Shown here piece by piece: positions 25,221 to 36,516 of a stretch of DNA of 64,000 nucleotides. Both the position numbers and the translations under genes were made by a program. Numbering within the stretch: position 1 is the first letter of the stretch; each line of letters opens with the position of its first letter. The notes beneath the pieces are model-generated. The model saw only the letters and a list, made by a program, of their open reading frames with translations, was not told where the DNA came from and did not search any database. The stretch is from Macrostomum lignano. Lineage: Eukaryota. Location: assembly GCA_002269645.1 (NCBI GenBank), contig NIVC01000280.1, forward strand, positions 372,001 to 436,000. The letters are read 5' to 3'.

Positions 25221-26563
25221 TCACTGTCCGGGTTCTTGACCAGCCTCCACAGCTGCATCATCAAGCACAGGCCATCGCCTGTCCTCTTCAGCTTCCTCAA
25301 CTCGACTCGGCAAGAGGCCTCGCGCCGAGCTCATCAGCTGAGCCAGCCGCTCGGTGGTGATTCGCTCAGGCTCCGGCTGCGGCGGCTGCTCGCGATCTGC
25401 CTCGCCATCGTCCGACGGAATGAAGCCGCCTCGCAGCGGCCCTTGCAGCCGAGCCAGCCGGTCCCGGATGCGGCCCTTCTCCTCTACGCTGAGCACTTTC
25501 TTGCCGCCGTTGCCCGTTGTGGCGCACGCAGCCTCCAGGTGCTGACGGAGTCGCGAACTCAACTCGTGAGCCTCCAGGACGCAGCGGTAGGAGCGCATCC
25601 GCTCTTCGAAGGAGCCGCCGACTTCGCTTGGGTCGTCCGTCGCCTCGGCCTCGCTGGATACTTTATTATCGCTCTGCCAGGTGGCAGCTGCAGCTGCGGT
25701 GGTGGCGGCAGTCGCGGCCGCGGCGCCGCTGCAGGACTGCTCGATGCCGGAGTCGCTGCCCCACAGCCGCTCTTTGCTGCACCGAGCGGCGTCTGTTGCA
25801 CCCACGGCCAGCGAGGAGCCGCCGCCGCCGCCGTCCCTCCCCGAGTTGCTGCATTCCACGGTCTTGTCCTCATCGTCGCTGTCTGCTGAAGCTTGCACCC
25901 GAGCCGGTGGCGCCTCTGATTGCGGAGTTAGCGACGTCGGCAAGCGGCTGCGCCGTGTACCGCCTGAGGTCTTCCGACTATACCTGTACAGGTCGGCGCG
26001 GGTGGAAGCCTCAGCCGCGGTTGCCGCGGCTGCAGCTTCGGCGCGCTGCTGAGCTTCGTAGCGTTCGCGCAGCTGCTGACGCCAGCGCCGCTCCAGATGC
26101 TCGTGCATGCTGGGCCAGATGCTGCGCAGGTCCACTGCAAGCGGATGGTTTGCGGTGTGTCATGCTAAGGACGTGCTGTTTGTCATGCTAAGTTCAGATG
26201 AGCATTGGAATTTCACTCACGTCTGTCCTGCGCAGAGTAGCAGGGCTCCGTGTAGCCCAGTTTTCGTTCGACGTCTCGCAGTATGCAGCGCGTCTTGACG
26301 CTCACGTGACCGTCGCTGGCTCCGTGCCGGCCGCACAGCAAGTCCCACGCGTCCTTGTCGTCATTTTTTGCTGCGCCTTGCTGCTGATGCGTACTGAAGC
26401 CGTTATGAACTGGCGGAGCCGACTCTGCTGCTCGCGACTTCTCGAACCTGTCGATGTAGCTCTGCAGCTGCTCGGAGGCCGACATCGCTGGCTGTTGCCA
26501 ACTGGAGGAAGGGACGGCGCGTCGGGCCGGTGCCGCCTCCCAATGCGCCTGCCGCGACGCCAT
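25221..26563 (-). CDS. Uncharacterised protein, about 418 aa, Ser/Ala/Gly-rich with predicted helical segments
   Basis: Exons 26563-26221 and 26134-25221 joined in phase 1 (GTGAGT donor, TTGCAG acceptor); GC3-rich; no family recognised; 3' end may continue via a donor at the stop. Confidence 0.65.
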
Positions 26564-26966
26564 GGAAGCTGCAGGATGAGAATTTCCGACAAAATGGAGA
26601 ATTTCTAAATCCATCTGTATTTTCAGCTAGCCGCTCACTACTGAGGGCGTAGGAGAATTCAATAAAAAATTACTGCCTCAGGTCCGCACCGAAAGCAGCG
26701 GAGCAGCAGAGGAAAGAAGAAATAAAATGCATTGGGCTCTTCAGCAGTAGACGGTGGTGCGCACCGGCTGCCGGTCCCTGATTGATGGCGGCTACGTGCT
26801 TGCCTTGTGAGTTTGGGTATCGCTCAGAGGCTGCAGGAATCCGCACACACCGGGCCTCCGCTCTCCGCTGTGTGCAGGTGGGGTGGGCTGGGGTCGGAGA
26901 GTCTCGCAACCTGAGCGGACTGGACCGTGACAGTTTGAGCTTTTCTCTTTTGCTCCGTCCCCACCC

Positions 26967-26968
<2 letters not shown>

Positions 26969-27014
<46 letters not shown>
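26969..27014. repeat. (TG)n microsatellite
   Basis: Direct. Confidence 0.97.
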
Positions 27015-27016
<2 letters not shown>

Positions 27017-28387
27017 GCCTCTTCAACTTCTTCCATTTGGCAAGCAGGCCAAACAAACAGTGCGGACTCAGTTGGCAAACTTGGGGTGGGGCGGCTGCCT
27101 GGCAGAAATTCCAGCGCCTCTCATTTACTCACAGCCTCTACCTGTGCGTGTTGTTTGGCCGCTCCATTGAGAGCTGGGAAAATGAGAATTGGCCAGTTTG
27201 AGGCTGCCATTGCGAAACCGGCCAGCCGCCAGATGCAGATTTGGAATGTCTTCGAGAGAGAATACTTCGGAAAGGACTCGGGGTGCACAGAACCGGAAGC
27301 TTCCTACCTGCCTTCGTAAAGCTGTTGGATCCCTTCGTTGTTTCTTCTTATCCGTCTGAGCTGGTTAAGCCAACGCTTGCTGGAGTTCCGGCAGTACCGA
27401 ATGGGGCCCAGGCTGTACCAGAGTGTGAAGTAGGTTGTCAAGGGATTAAGCTGAGCAGCTCTGTTGAGTCAATTAAAGCGCGCGGCACTTCAGCTGGGTA
27501 CGAGAGGGAAAGAGCCTCTCTGTCTCTCGAATGCTTTGCTGCAAGTTGGCCGCTAATGAGCTTTGGGGCGCCTTGCTTGAATTTAAACCCCCCGCTGGGC
27601 TGAGACGCCGGCGCTCCCACCTTCTCATATTGTGCCAGCCCAGCCTGCCGGGCCAATGGCGGAGCAGCCAGCTCAACTGTCATATTGAATAGAAATTTTG
27701 CATAATGCAGACACAAAAGTCGCCAGACCAATGCAGCACAGTGCAGCCCAGCCTCACAAAGCCACTTTTGATGGCCCCGTCTCGGTTGAGTGGCCCCGCG
27801 AGCCCAGCTGTGGTCTCTTGAATAGCTTGTAACTTCTAATCCTGTTTAATCCGAGAAAGAATGCTTCGAACAGTTGCGGGGCCCCCAGAAATGGCTGGAG
27901 AGAGTTATTGGGTGCAGTGTGCTCACTTGAGCTGTCATCGAAAAATACAACGTTTCATAATGGACTGATGACAAAAATAGATGTAAACAAGTTTTCTATG
28001 AAATCTATGAAGAAATGCCTTTTGAAAAAGGTTCAATACGATTAAAACGAATCTTCTCTCGAGTTTAAAAAAACAAATATTTGAAGACTTAAAAGTTTCT
28101 CTCTTCGAATCTATGAGCGTGCGCGTAATGAAAGTTCATTTTTATGTACAATTAAAAATACACAATTTGAGGTACGTCTGTGAAATATATTGCCAAAGAT
28201 TTTCTTCTTACAGTAATTAGTGACTATTAATTAGTAATTATAATACATATTAATTGAAGCTTATTTTAATATTTCGCATATGTACGCATGTTTAGGTTTA
28301 GGTTTATATTCATTTATTCGTTAAATTTAAGTATCAAAAAACTCCTTACACACTACTTATGCTTTTATAAGTAGCATGAAAAGCGTT

Positions 28388-31300
28388 TCAGTAGGCTGGA
28401 GGCTCAGGCGAATTCACGGGATTCCTCGGCTGCGCCCAGGTGTCCTCGGCCAGCTCGCACAGTGCCGCCCCCGCCGATGGCTGCGACGCGCAGCGTCGAT
28501 AACGCGGCGGCAGCGCGGCGGACACTCGCAGGCAGTCGCCGGCTGAGGTGCCTTGCGGCGAAGTCGGCCAGGCTGGCGGTGTCGTCGCAGCCGGAGCGGC
28601 AGCAGCGCCTCGTCGGCAGCTGAAAGCAGTTCGACTCCTCCTGACGCCGAGCAGCGGCTCCCGGCGAATGAAGGCGGCAGAGCTGGGGGCCTCGAAGGCG
28701 ACGGCCGAAACCGTCCGGCGATGGCTGTAGCCGCTGCTGGAAGCCGCGGACTCAACCAGCAGCTCGGGAACGAACAGCGGCAGCGGCTGTGGCGGCGGGA
28801 GAGGCGACTTCCGCAGCGGTCTCTGAGGCGCCTGCCGTCGAGACCCCCGCTCGCGCAACCGATCGACATCGGCAGGACCGGCGAAGCCGTCAGCGAAGAT
28901 CAGCGCCGTCGATTGGGGCGCGAGTTCGGCACCGCTTGACGATTCGCGTGCGACTGTCGGGTTGGAGTTCGCCGAGCGAACCGGCGCAGCGCAGCGGATC
29001 GGCCCGGCTGCTGAGGGCGCGGCGGCGGGCGCGGAGGCGAGGCCTCGGCCGCGAACGCAGCCGACGGCTGGCGGGCTGCGGCCTCGGCGCCGGCGCAGGA
29101 TGTCGACATCGCGAGCGATCTGCGCCAGCCGGTGGCTGCTGGGCGACAGCGGCCGCTGCTGCAGGCGGCGCCGAGAGCTCAGCTGGCTGGCCGGATCCGG
29201 GAGGACCGCTGGGTGTTTCGGAAAGGAGGAGGCAAAATTGCTTTGATCAATCTGCTCTGGGACTTGATGAGCTCGCAGTGGGGCAGCTAACCGCTGCCGG
29301 AAAGCAAGGCGATAATCGACACGCACAACAACAACAACAACAGACAACAGAGTACGCTGCCAGATCACAAAAGCAGCGTCAGATGGCGCGCTTCAAAGCT
29401 TGGGCGCGAACAAAAGCCGCACCGCCGGCAGAGTCCGGGGCGCCGGCGTCAGCCAGCAGACAGTCGACGTAGCGCCGAGTCCTCGCCTGTCCCCGCCGGT
29501 AGGGTGCCTGCAACGTAAGTAGCAGCACCTCCTGCACCGGCTCCGGGCAGTAGGCCTCGGCGCGGATGACGTGGCCTGCCAGCTGGAGTCGCCGACGGCG
29601 CAGCAGATCGCTAGGACGGGCCAGGCCGGCGCGATGATAGAGCGCCGTGTTGGTGACTCGCTCGTTGCCGATCTTGAAGGCGGCGCGCAGCAGGCCAGCG
29701 TGCGCCGCGTCGACTTGAGCCTCGAGCGAGTCTGTCAGCGTCCAGGTCTCGGCGTTGTATAACAGGACGGTCTCGATCACCGCCTGGAACAGCGCCGCCC
29801 TCTGGCGGTCCGGTAGGGCCTCGGACTGCAGGACTGACCTTATAGAACGAAAGGCAGCCCAAGCAAGTCCTCGGCGACGCCGCAGATCCTCGCGGACGTC
29901 GGGAACCAGACCGCCGAGGTAGACGAACTGCTGACATCTTGGAAGCTCACTCGCCTGTCCGTCAGCACCTCGGCAGAAGATTGCAGCCTCGGTGTCGTCC
30001 GGCACGCATAGCACGACGGTCTTCTGCGTGTTGACCACCAGGCCGACGCTCGCCGCAACGGCAACCAGCCTATCCAGCTGTCGTTGGGCGCCCTCGACGG
30101 TCGAGGACAGCAGGGCGAGGTCATCGGCGTAGCCAAGCACGCTGAGCCGTCTCTCCGGTTGGCGTCGACCCACGCGTCGCCGCAGCAGGAAGCCGTCGTC
30201 GTTGGAAGGCAGAGCAGTCCGTAGCACCCAGTCAAGCACCAGAATAAATAGGAACGGCGCTAGCGTATCTCCCTGGAGCACCCCGGAGGATGTCTCGAAG
30301 AAATCCGATAGGCCGTCCGGTGTTGAGACAGCAGCCGTCGTGCCGTGGTACAGCGCCATGACAGCAGAAATCAGCAGCTCTGGCACGTTGTACGCACGGA
30401 GCACCTCTGGGAGCGCGTCCCTCACGACCGAGTCGAAAGCCTTCCTGAAATCGACGAAGATCAGGATCAGGGTCAACTGGCGGATGCGCGCCTCCTCGAT
30501 GACTCGTCGAAGAGCCAGGATCTGCGTCACTGTGCCGCGATGGGGCCGGAATCCGTTCTGCTCAGGTCGCAGGTACGGGTCCAGCACAGGCTGTAACCGC
30601 GATAGCAGCATGCGGTTGAACAGCTTCGCGGCGCAGGACTGTAGGCAGATGCCTCGATGCTCCTCGAGCTTGGTGGTGCCCGGCTTCTTTGGAATGGCGA
30701 CGATGTGCGCCGTGGTCCATTCGTTTGGCGCCACCTCACCGAAAAGCACGCGGTTCATCACTCTGGCGACCTCAGTGGCCACGCAGTGGATCCGCAGCGC
30801 CTCGGTGGGCACCTCGTCCGGACCAAGCGCTTTGCCGCCCGGCGACTGCCGAGCGAACTTCACAACGTCGGCTGTGCTGACTGGGGCAACATTGAAGCTC
30901 TCCTCCGCCGGCAACGGCGTCTCCGGCGGCAGCCTCAGATTTTCTGGAAGCGGAGGGGGCGGCGCGTTGACAATGGCGGCGAAGAACTCGCGCAGCTCGT
31001 TCCTGCGCTCGTCCGGAGTGTCGCCTGCCAGGTTGAGCGCGATGCGCCGCTTTCGCCCCGTCAGAGTGTTGATGGCGGACCAGGCCACGCGCCCTCTGGC
31101 ATCGGGCCCTGCGGCAGAGACGGCTTGGATGGCGTCATCGACAGCGGACTGCTGCCGCTGCAGGTAGACAGCCGCCAGAGCCTCCTCCGCCTCGCGAGTT
31201 GGCCGCCCACTCAGACGGAGCCTCTCCAGATCTTCCCTCGCTTCGTCGATCGCGGGGTCGTCCTGCCAGACCGGCTGCCCGCGCTGGGCCGGTCGCATCA

Positions 31301-34300
31301 GCGGGACTGTTTGCTCCGCAGCGGCTCGAACTGCAGCGCTCACCTCCGCGTACTCGGCTCCTCCACGCTTGTCGCCCAGCGCAGTGACAAAGGCACCGGC
31401 AAAGCGACGTCGCGTCTCGGCGTCCCTGAGCGCGCGGTAGTAGCGCCGCGGTGGCCGCTTTGGCGGACGGTAGAGCGGGTCCCGAAGCCGAAGGTCGCAG
31501 ATGAGCAGCCGATGGTCGGACCGCAGAGCCAGCGGCGTAATGGTGTGGCAGTTGGTGACGCGGCGGCGCTCACGAAAGCGCACAAGCACGTGGTCGAGCT
31601 GTGCCAGCCTCCGCGTAGCGTTCCGGCCACGCGCGTTCCGCCGCCTCCGCTTGCAGCCCACGAAGGTCGCGAGCCTGCCCGGCGACTTGCGGAATCTGGT
31701 GTTGGCCGACACCATGTCCTGTCTCTCCAGGAAGTCCTCTAGCGCTCCGGTGTTGCCGTTCTCGCGCGCTGTCACAAACAGCGATCGCTCGGACCTACGC
31801 AGAACTGCGTTCAGGTCTCCGAGAATGACCACTGTGTCACGTTGCGCCATCTCCTCCACCCGCACCGAGAGTTGCTCGAAGAAGGCCTGAGCCTCATCGG
31901 AGCGGGTAGCAGGCGGCGCATACGCGCAGAACAGGCGGGTGTTCCGGCCGCGAAGCCGGACGTCGACCCGAAGCAGCCGAGAAGACAGGGAGATGCAGCG
32001 ACAGCTCTGCTGCAGCCTCGGTCCGATCAGCGCTCCAACTCCTCCACGGCCTCGCTCATCCGCTGAGGTGTACCAGAGTGTCCAACCGGCGCCCAGGTCC
32101 TCACAGTGAAGTCCGGGGTCGGCTCTGATAGACACCTCCTGTAGTGCGATGACATCACAGCTGAGGTCGAGCGCTAGCCTCGCCAGCAGCCCTCTCCGCC
32201 ATGTGGCCTTGAGAGTGCGGCAGTTCAGCGTCCCGACCCGAAGCGTGCCCTCTGGTACGGCTGGGGCTCGATGCTGGTGAGCCTCATGGTCCCCGGCGCC
32301 ACCCGGAAGATCCAATTGGGCCAGCGCAGCAGCAGCTCGGCGGGCGGCGCCACGTTGCCGACCTCGCCAGTTTCGCTCGCGACGGCGTTCAACTCGCCGA
32401 CGCGCGCTCCGCTGCCCTCGCTTGGTCCTGCCGCATTTGGCCGCCGCAGCAGTTAAGCGCGGCTCTCCACTCTCACCACGAGGAGGTAGCGGCATTTATC
32501 TGCACCGCACACCCCGCACACAGGGTGTACAGCGGGTCTGACTTTCCATCGCCAGGCATGTGCAATCTTTGTGGTGACGCCAACCCCACCAAAGACCCAT
32601 ATGAGTTTTGCAGCGCAAATCTCATTTGATTGCCTATGAAAATGACGTCATACTTGACGGCATCTAATGATAAATTATCCACCAATTGGTTAAACTAGCA
32701 ATCCTTTTACTTTTTCATACTGTGCAATACATGCCAGTATATTGATCTCTCTCTAATCTCTCTTCCCAGAGCCGTTTTCATTAAAAATATCATCAATTTT
32801 ATCTGCAATAAAAAGGCAAGCAATCCAGGCTCATCATTGATTTTAAACTAGCTCAGCGATATTTTTGCTAAATATATCCGAATAGCATAAATCATTTCCA
32901 ATGGCAATCTCAATTAGCCATGCGGAAAAGGCCTTCAGATAGAAATTGCCAACCAGCAGCTTTTCTGCTTTTGCAGAGCTCATAATGAATTCGGTTGAAC
33001 TGATTCTATTCAAGCTGATGGCTTTTTGGTGCAATGGCGCTTAAGAGACAGAGCTGAGAGGGAGACAGGGTGAGAGGGAGACAGGGTGAGAGGGAGACAG
33101 GGTGAGAGGGGACGGGATGAGAGGGAGACAGGATGAGAGGGAGACAGGGTGAGAGGGAGACAGGGTGAGAGGGAGACAGGGTGAGAGGGAGACAGGGTGA
33201 GAGGGGACGGGATGAGAGGGAGACAGGATGAGAGGGAGACAGGGTGAGAGGGAGACAGGGTGAGAGGGAGACAGGGTGAGAGGGAGACAGGGTGAGAGGG
33301 AGACACGGTGAGAGGGAGACACGGTGAGAGGGAGACACGGTGAGAAGGAGACACGGTGAGAAGGAGACACGGTGAGAGGGAGACAGGGTGAGACGGAGAC
33401 AGGGTGAGAGGGAGACAGGGTGAGAGGGAGACAGGGTGAGAGAGAGACGGGATGAGAGGGAGACAGGATGAGACGGAGACAGGGTGAGAGGGAGACACGG
33501 TGAGAAGGAGACACGGTGAGAAGGAGACACGGTGAGAAGGAGACAGGGTGAGAGGGAGACACGGTGAGAGGGAGACAGGGTGAGAGGGAGACAGGGTTGG
33601 AGGGAGACAGGGTGAGAGGGAGACAGGGTGAGAGGCAGACAGGGTGAGAGGGAGACAGGGTGAGAGGGAGACAGGGTGAGAGGGGGACGCTGCAGTACTG
33701 TTCTCATCTTCCTACTGCTCAGCCACTGCAATTATTAAGGACGTTGCTTACACGATGGATAGAAGCACTCCAGGATGATGAAAACTGAATTTGGCAAATA
33801 CTTCAGACTCTGCAGCAGCGATGGCGTCTCAAGTCCGGAAGCCGCAAGAGTCAGACGTGTGCGCGCATATATCCGTGGCTCTTGTGTACCTCCAGCCTAA
33901 TATTGCTTGGCGGGCCGTTTGGGAAGCGTCTTCCGCAATTGGGGAGTGGCCTGACAGGTGGAAAGAGATTGGCTCAGTGTGTCTGCACGGGACCGCACCT
34001 GCAGCTTGACTAAAATTTGATGGCAGATTGGTTCGTGCGCCATTTGGGGGCCTGTTGTATTATATTGTACAGAGGGAAGGAAGTGGAGGGACTGGGTGTG
34101 CGCCGCGATTATTGATTTGACGTTTGCATTGTTGTAGATTGAGGTGGGAGAGAGAAGGAGAGATGAGAGAGAGACTTGAGAGATGTGGGAGAGAGACTGA
34201 GAGGTGAGGGAGAGAGACTGAGAGATGAAGGTGAGAGACTGAGAGATGAGGGAGAGGTGGGAAAGATGAGGTAGAGAGACGGAGAGATGTGAGAGAGAGA

Positions 34301-34734
34301 CGGAGAGATGTGGGAGAGAGACGCAGAGATGAGGTAGAGAGACGGAGAGATGAGAGAAAGAGAGAGAGACGGAGAGATGAGGGAGAGAGACGGAGAGATG
34401 AGAGAAAGAGAGAGACGGAGAGATGTGAGAAAGAGAGAGACGGAGAGATGAGAGAAAGAGAGAGACTGAGAGATGTGGGAGAGACACAGAGAGATTAGAG
34501 GGATCAGAGATGGAAAGATGAGGGAGAGAGACAGGGGAGATTAGAGAGAGATTTTATCCAAACCATGTAGAAAGCTGTGGAGTTTGAATTTCTGAGCGTG
34601 TGTGGATGCCAGATGCAGCGGGTCAATGCCTCCTGCCAATAAAACTGCTGCAGAGTTTGACTGACAATGTGCGGCGTCTTGAGCACAATTAAGAGGTAGA
34701 AGAAGAGAAAGAGAGAGGCAAGCAAACTCAACAT
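28388..34734 (-). CDS. Tentative host gene spanning the LINE; candidate exons 34734-34564, 33896-33752, 29208-28388
   Basis: Terminal exon is a GC3-rich open frame with a strong pyrimidine acceptor and no ATG; candidate upstream exons are phase-compatible (0 then 1) with GT donors, but the 33897 acceptor is weak. Confidence 0.33.
29379..32495 (-). CDS. LINE polyprotein: APE endonuclease + reverse transcriptase
   Basis: APE motifs GTLNCRTL, LQEV, GDLNA, LDH, SDH; RT motifs IPKKPG, QNGFR, FVDFRKAFDSV, GVLQGDTLAPFLF, YADD, YLG. Confidence 0.96.
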   Translation of the reverse strand: MPLPPRGESGEPRLTAAAAKCGRTKRGQRSARRRVERRRERNWRGRQRGAARRAAAALAQLDLPGGAGDHEAHQHRAPAVPEGTLRVGTLNCRTLKATWRRGLLARLALDLSCDVIALQEVSIRADPGLHCEDLGAGWTLWYTSADERGRGGVGALIGPRLQQSCRCISLSSRLLRVDVRLRGRNTRLFCAYAPPATRSDEAQAFFEQLSVRVEEMAQRDTVVILGDLNAVLRRSERSLFVTARENGNTGALEDFLERQDMVSANTRFRKSPGRLATFVGCKRRRRNARGRNATRRLAQLDHVLVRFRERRRVTNCHTITPLALRSDHRLLICDLRLRDPLYRPPKRPPRRYYRALRDAETRRRFAGAFVTALGDKRGGAEYAEVSAAVRAAAEQTVPLMRPAQRGQPVWQDDPAIDEAREDLERLRLSGRPTREAEEALAAVYLQRQQSAVDDAIQAVSAAGPDARGRVAWSAINTLTGRKRRIALNLAGDTPDERRNELREFFAAIVNAPPPPLPENLRLPPETPLPAEESFNVAPVSTADVVKFARQSPGGKALGPDEVPTEALRIHCVATEVARVMNRVLFGEVAPNEWTTAHIVAIPKKPGTTKLEEHRGICLQSCAAKLFNRMLLSRLQPVLDPYLRPEQNGFRPHRGTVTQILALRRVIEEARIRQLTLILIFVDFRKAFDSVVRDALPEVLRAYNVPELLISAVMALYHGTTAAVSTPDGLSDFFETSSGVLQGDTLAPFLFILVLDWVLRTALPSNDDGFLLRRRVGRRQPERRLSVLGYADDLALLSSTVEGAQRQLDRLVAVAASVGLVVNTQKTVVLCVPDDTEAAIFCRGADGQASELPRCQQFVYLGGLVPDVREDLRRRRGLAWAAFRSIRSVLQSEALPDRQRAALFQAVIETVLLYNAETWTLTDSLEAQVDAAHAGLLRAAFKIGNERVTNTALYHRAGLARPSDLLRRRRLQLAGHVIRAEAYCPEPVQEVLLLTLQAPYRRGQARTRRYVDCLLADAGAPDSAGGAAFVRAQALKRAI
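32429..32606 (-). ncRNA. Candidate HDV-like self-cleaving ribozyme
   Basis: P2 TGCCGC/GCGGCA, P3 ACC/GGT, L3 TCCTCGT, GG for P1.1, P4 GCCGC/GCGGC, J4/2 CAAA; P1 5' strand only tentative. Confidence 0.62.
33045..33685. repeat. 16-bp purine-rich minisatellite (GAGAGGGAGACAGGGT)n
   Basis: Direct. Confidence 0.95.
34145..34545. repeat. Degenerate GA-rich tandem repeat
   Basis: Direct (GAGAGACGGAGAGATG-like units). Confidence 0.85.
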
Positions 34735-34888
34735 ATTTGTTTGTACTGGCGGCTCAGGCTTGAAAAAAGAAAGCAAGTGCGGCGCAATTGTGTCGCCTGG
34801 TGGTTATAAAAATAGAAGATAGCGCACACCGAAAGAGGCATTTGCATTTGGCTAAGGGCTTGCTCGTGTATTGCCTGCTCTGCACAAT

Positions 34889-36516
34889 ATGACGGCAGCA
34901 GTCGGACTCAGAGACCTGCAACTGCCATGCCTGCTGCTACTAACGGCTCTGTCATTGAATGCCAACGGTCTGCAAGGTGAGCAGTTCAATTTCCAAGACT
35001 GCAAAGCATGCAGTCTTTTTCAGTATAGACTAAAAACAAATTGCTTTTGCATCGCATCGGCTTGCAGAGTCGCTGCTTCCGCTGGCGATGGTCTGCAACC
35101 AAAGAGAATTTCTGCACATCCTCATGCCAGCAAGAACTGCCAGTGACAGCAGCAACAGCAATTCAACAGCATCGAGTTGGCAAGTTTGCCTCGAGTTTTA
35201 CAACAGCTACGACAGCCACTGGATGAGGATTGTGCTGGGAAATACAACCAAGGTGAACTTTTACCTGCATTACAGAATCTCATTACGAAAGAGAAAATAA
35301 TGTTACCAGCTAAAAACTTCAAGTCGTCGAAGGGTCTTGCTGATTCCCCTCAAAAAACTCGAAACTGCACAAGCTCGAACTTTTCCCATTGTCGAAAACT
35401 GTAAACATGTCGGTCACCTCACAATCTCTGGAAGTAGTGCTAGAAATTTTGTTGTTTTTCTAACTTGAGCTCTCATGAAGCTCGAGCTTTTGAAAGCGTC
35501 GCTGTCACCTTACCAGTGCCGAGAAGCCCCTGCAAACCAACTAAAAGTATATAGATATAAGATCTGAATGTCTACTCGTTCTGTTTCCAGACGCGACTAG
35601 TTTCATCGCATGGTCAACCAGTGCTGCGTCAGTTGGTCTTCAGGGTACCATCGGAGTACTTGAAGTGTCAGTACCCGTACCGATGGAAGGTATGCTAACT
35701 ATATGCTGCTTTTACATCGAATCTGTACTACAATAAAATTAAATGTCACCCGTTTAACTCTAATATGCGCGATTTCGTCTGCAGGTTGAACAACTGTCAA
35801 ACCATAGTGGCTCATCATCGGCAACTGGGAATTGTGATGCTGAAACTCCAGAGCAGGAGTGCGAAATTGCAAGTGAGTTCCAGTACGCCCTGGGAACCAA
35901 AATTGGATTCCCCATAGCAACCACGGCCATATTCCATATTTAAGCAGAGACCAGGTTGGCCATAGCAACTAAAACCATATCCACACTGCTGCAGTCCAAA
36001 AAGTGAACTTTTACTTACTACTCGAACCTACTGCCCTAATGAATGACAGTCGGCAGGCAGAAAGGCTGCTCTGGTTGGCGCCAACTGCAAATCAACAAGC
36101 TGAGGTGCCGACCCGATCTGGTGGATCCGGCAAACTTTACCACACTGCGGCGGCAGCTCTGCGATAAACGCCGGAAGAGCGTCAGCGAGGCTTCCAACGG
36201 AGTTCGAGTCTGGTTGGCTCCAGTCGCCGCCACACTTGGCTGCCTTCTGGTGGCCATAGGCGCGGCGCTGGCACTCTATCGTCTGCTGTCGAAGCGAGCG
36301 CGAGAGTTCAGTTCTACCGCTGATAGAAGCCCAGCAGAGCCAATCTTGCCCATCTTCAGTGCGCTCTCAGACGATGCGCGACTGCTGCAGGCGCTGGAGA
36401 GTCGCATCTGTAGCGTCCCGCGGGTACATTGGGGCCTGCAGCGCCCAGCTGACAGTCCCGACTTTCTGCTGGCCAGTCCAGACACCGGAGAACCAATTCT
36501 TCTAGAAGAAGCGTAA
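34889..36516 (+). CDS. Uncharacterised type I membrane protein, about 308 aa
   Basis: Exons 34889-34976, 35068-35252, 35591-35689, 35785-35872, 36050-36516, all phase-compatible GT-AG; signal peptide LPCLLLLTALSLNANG, Cys and N-glycosylation sites, TM WLAPVAATLGCLLVAIGAALALY. Confidence 0.68.

Larger units (their letters stand above)
29326..32606 (-). mobile_element. RTE-like non-LTR retrotransposon, apparently intact
   Basis: Single 1038-aa ORF, 3' stem-loop and (TTG)n tail, structured 5' leader; 5' boundary approximate, TSD not found. Confidence 0.88.

Noticed and set aside
27960-28010. Hammerhead ribozyme at CTGATGA
   Set aside because: No convincing stem II or flanking stems; same for CTGATGA hits near 62645 and 63048
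29571-32456. Plus-strand ORFs opposite the LINE (e.g. 30202-31167, 30657-31742)
   Set aside because: Antisense shadows of a GC3-rich coding strand; same for shadows of other genes
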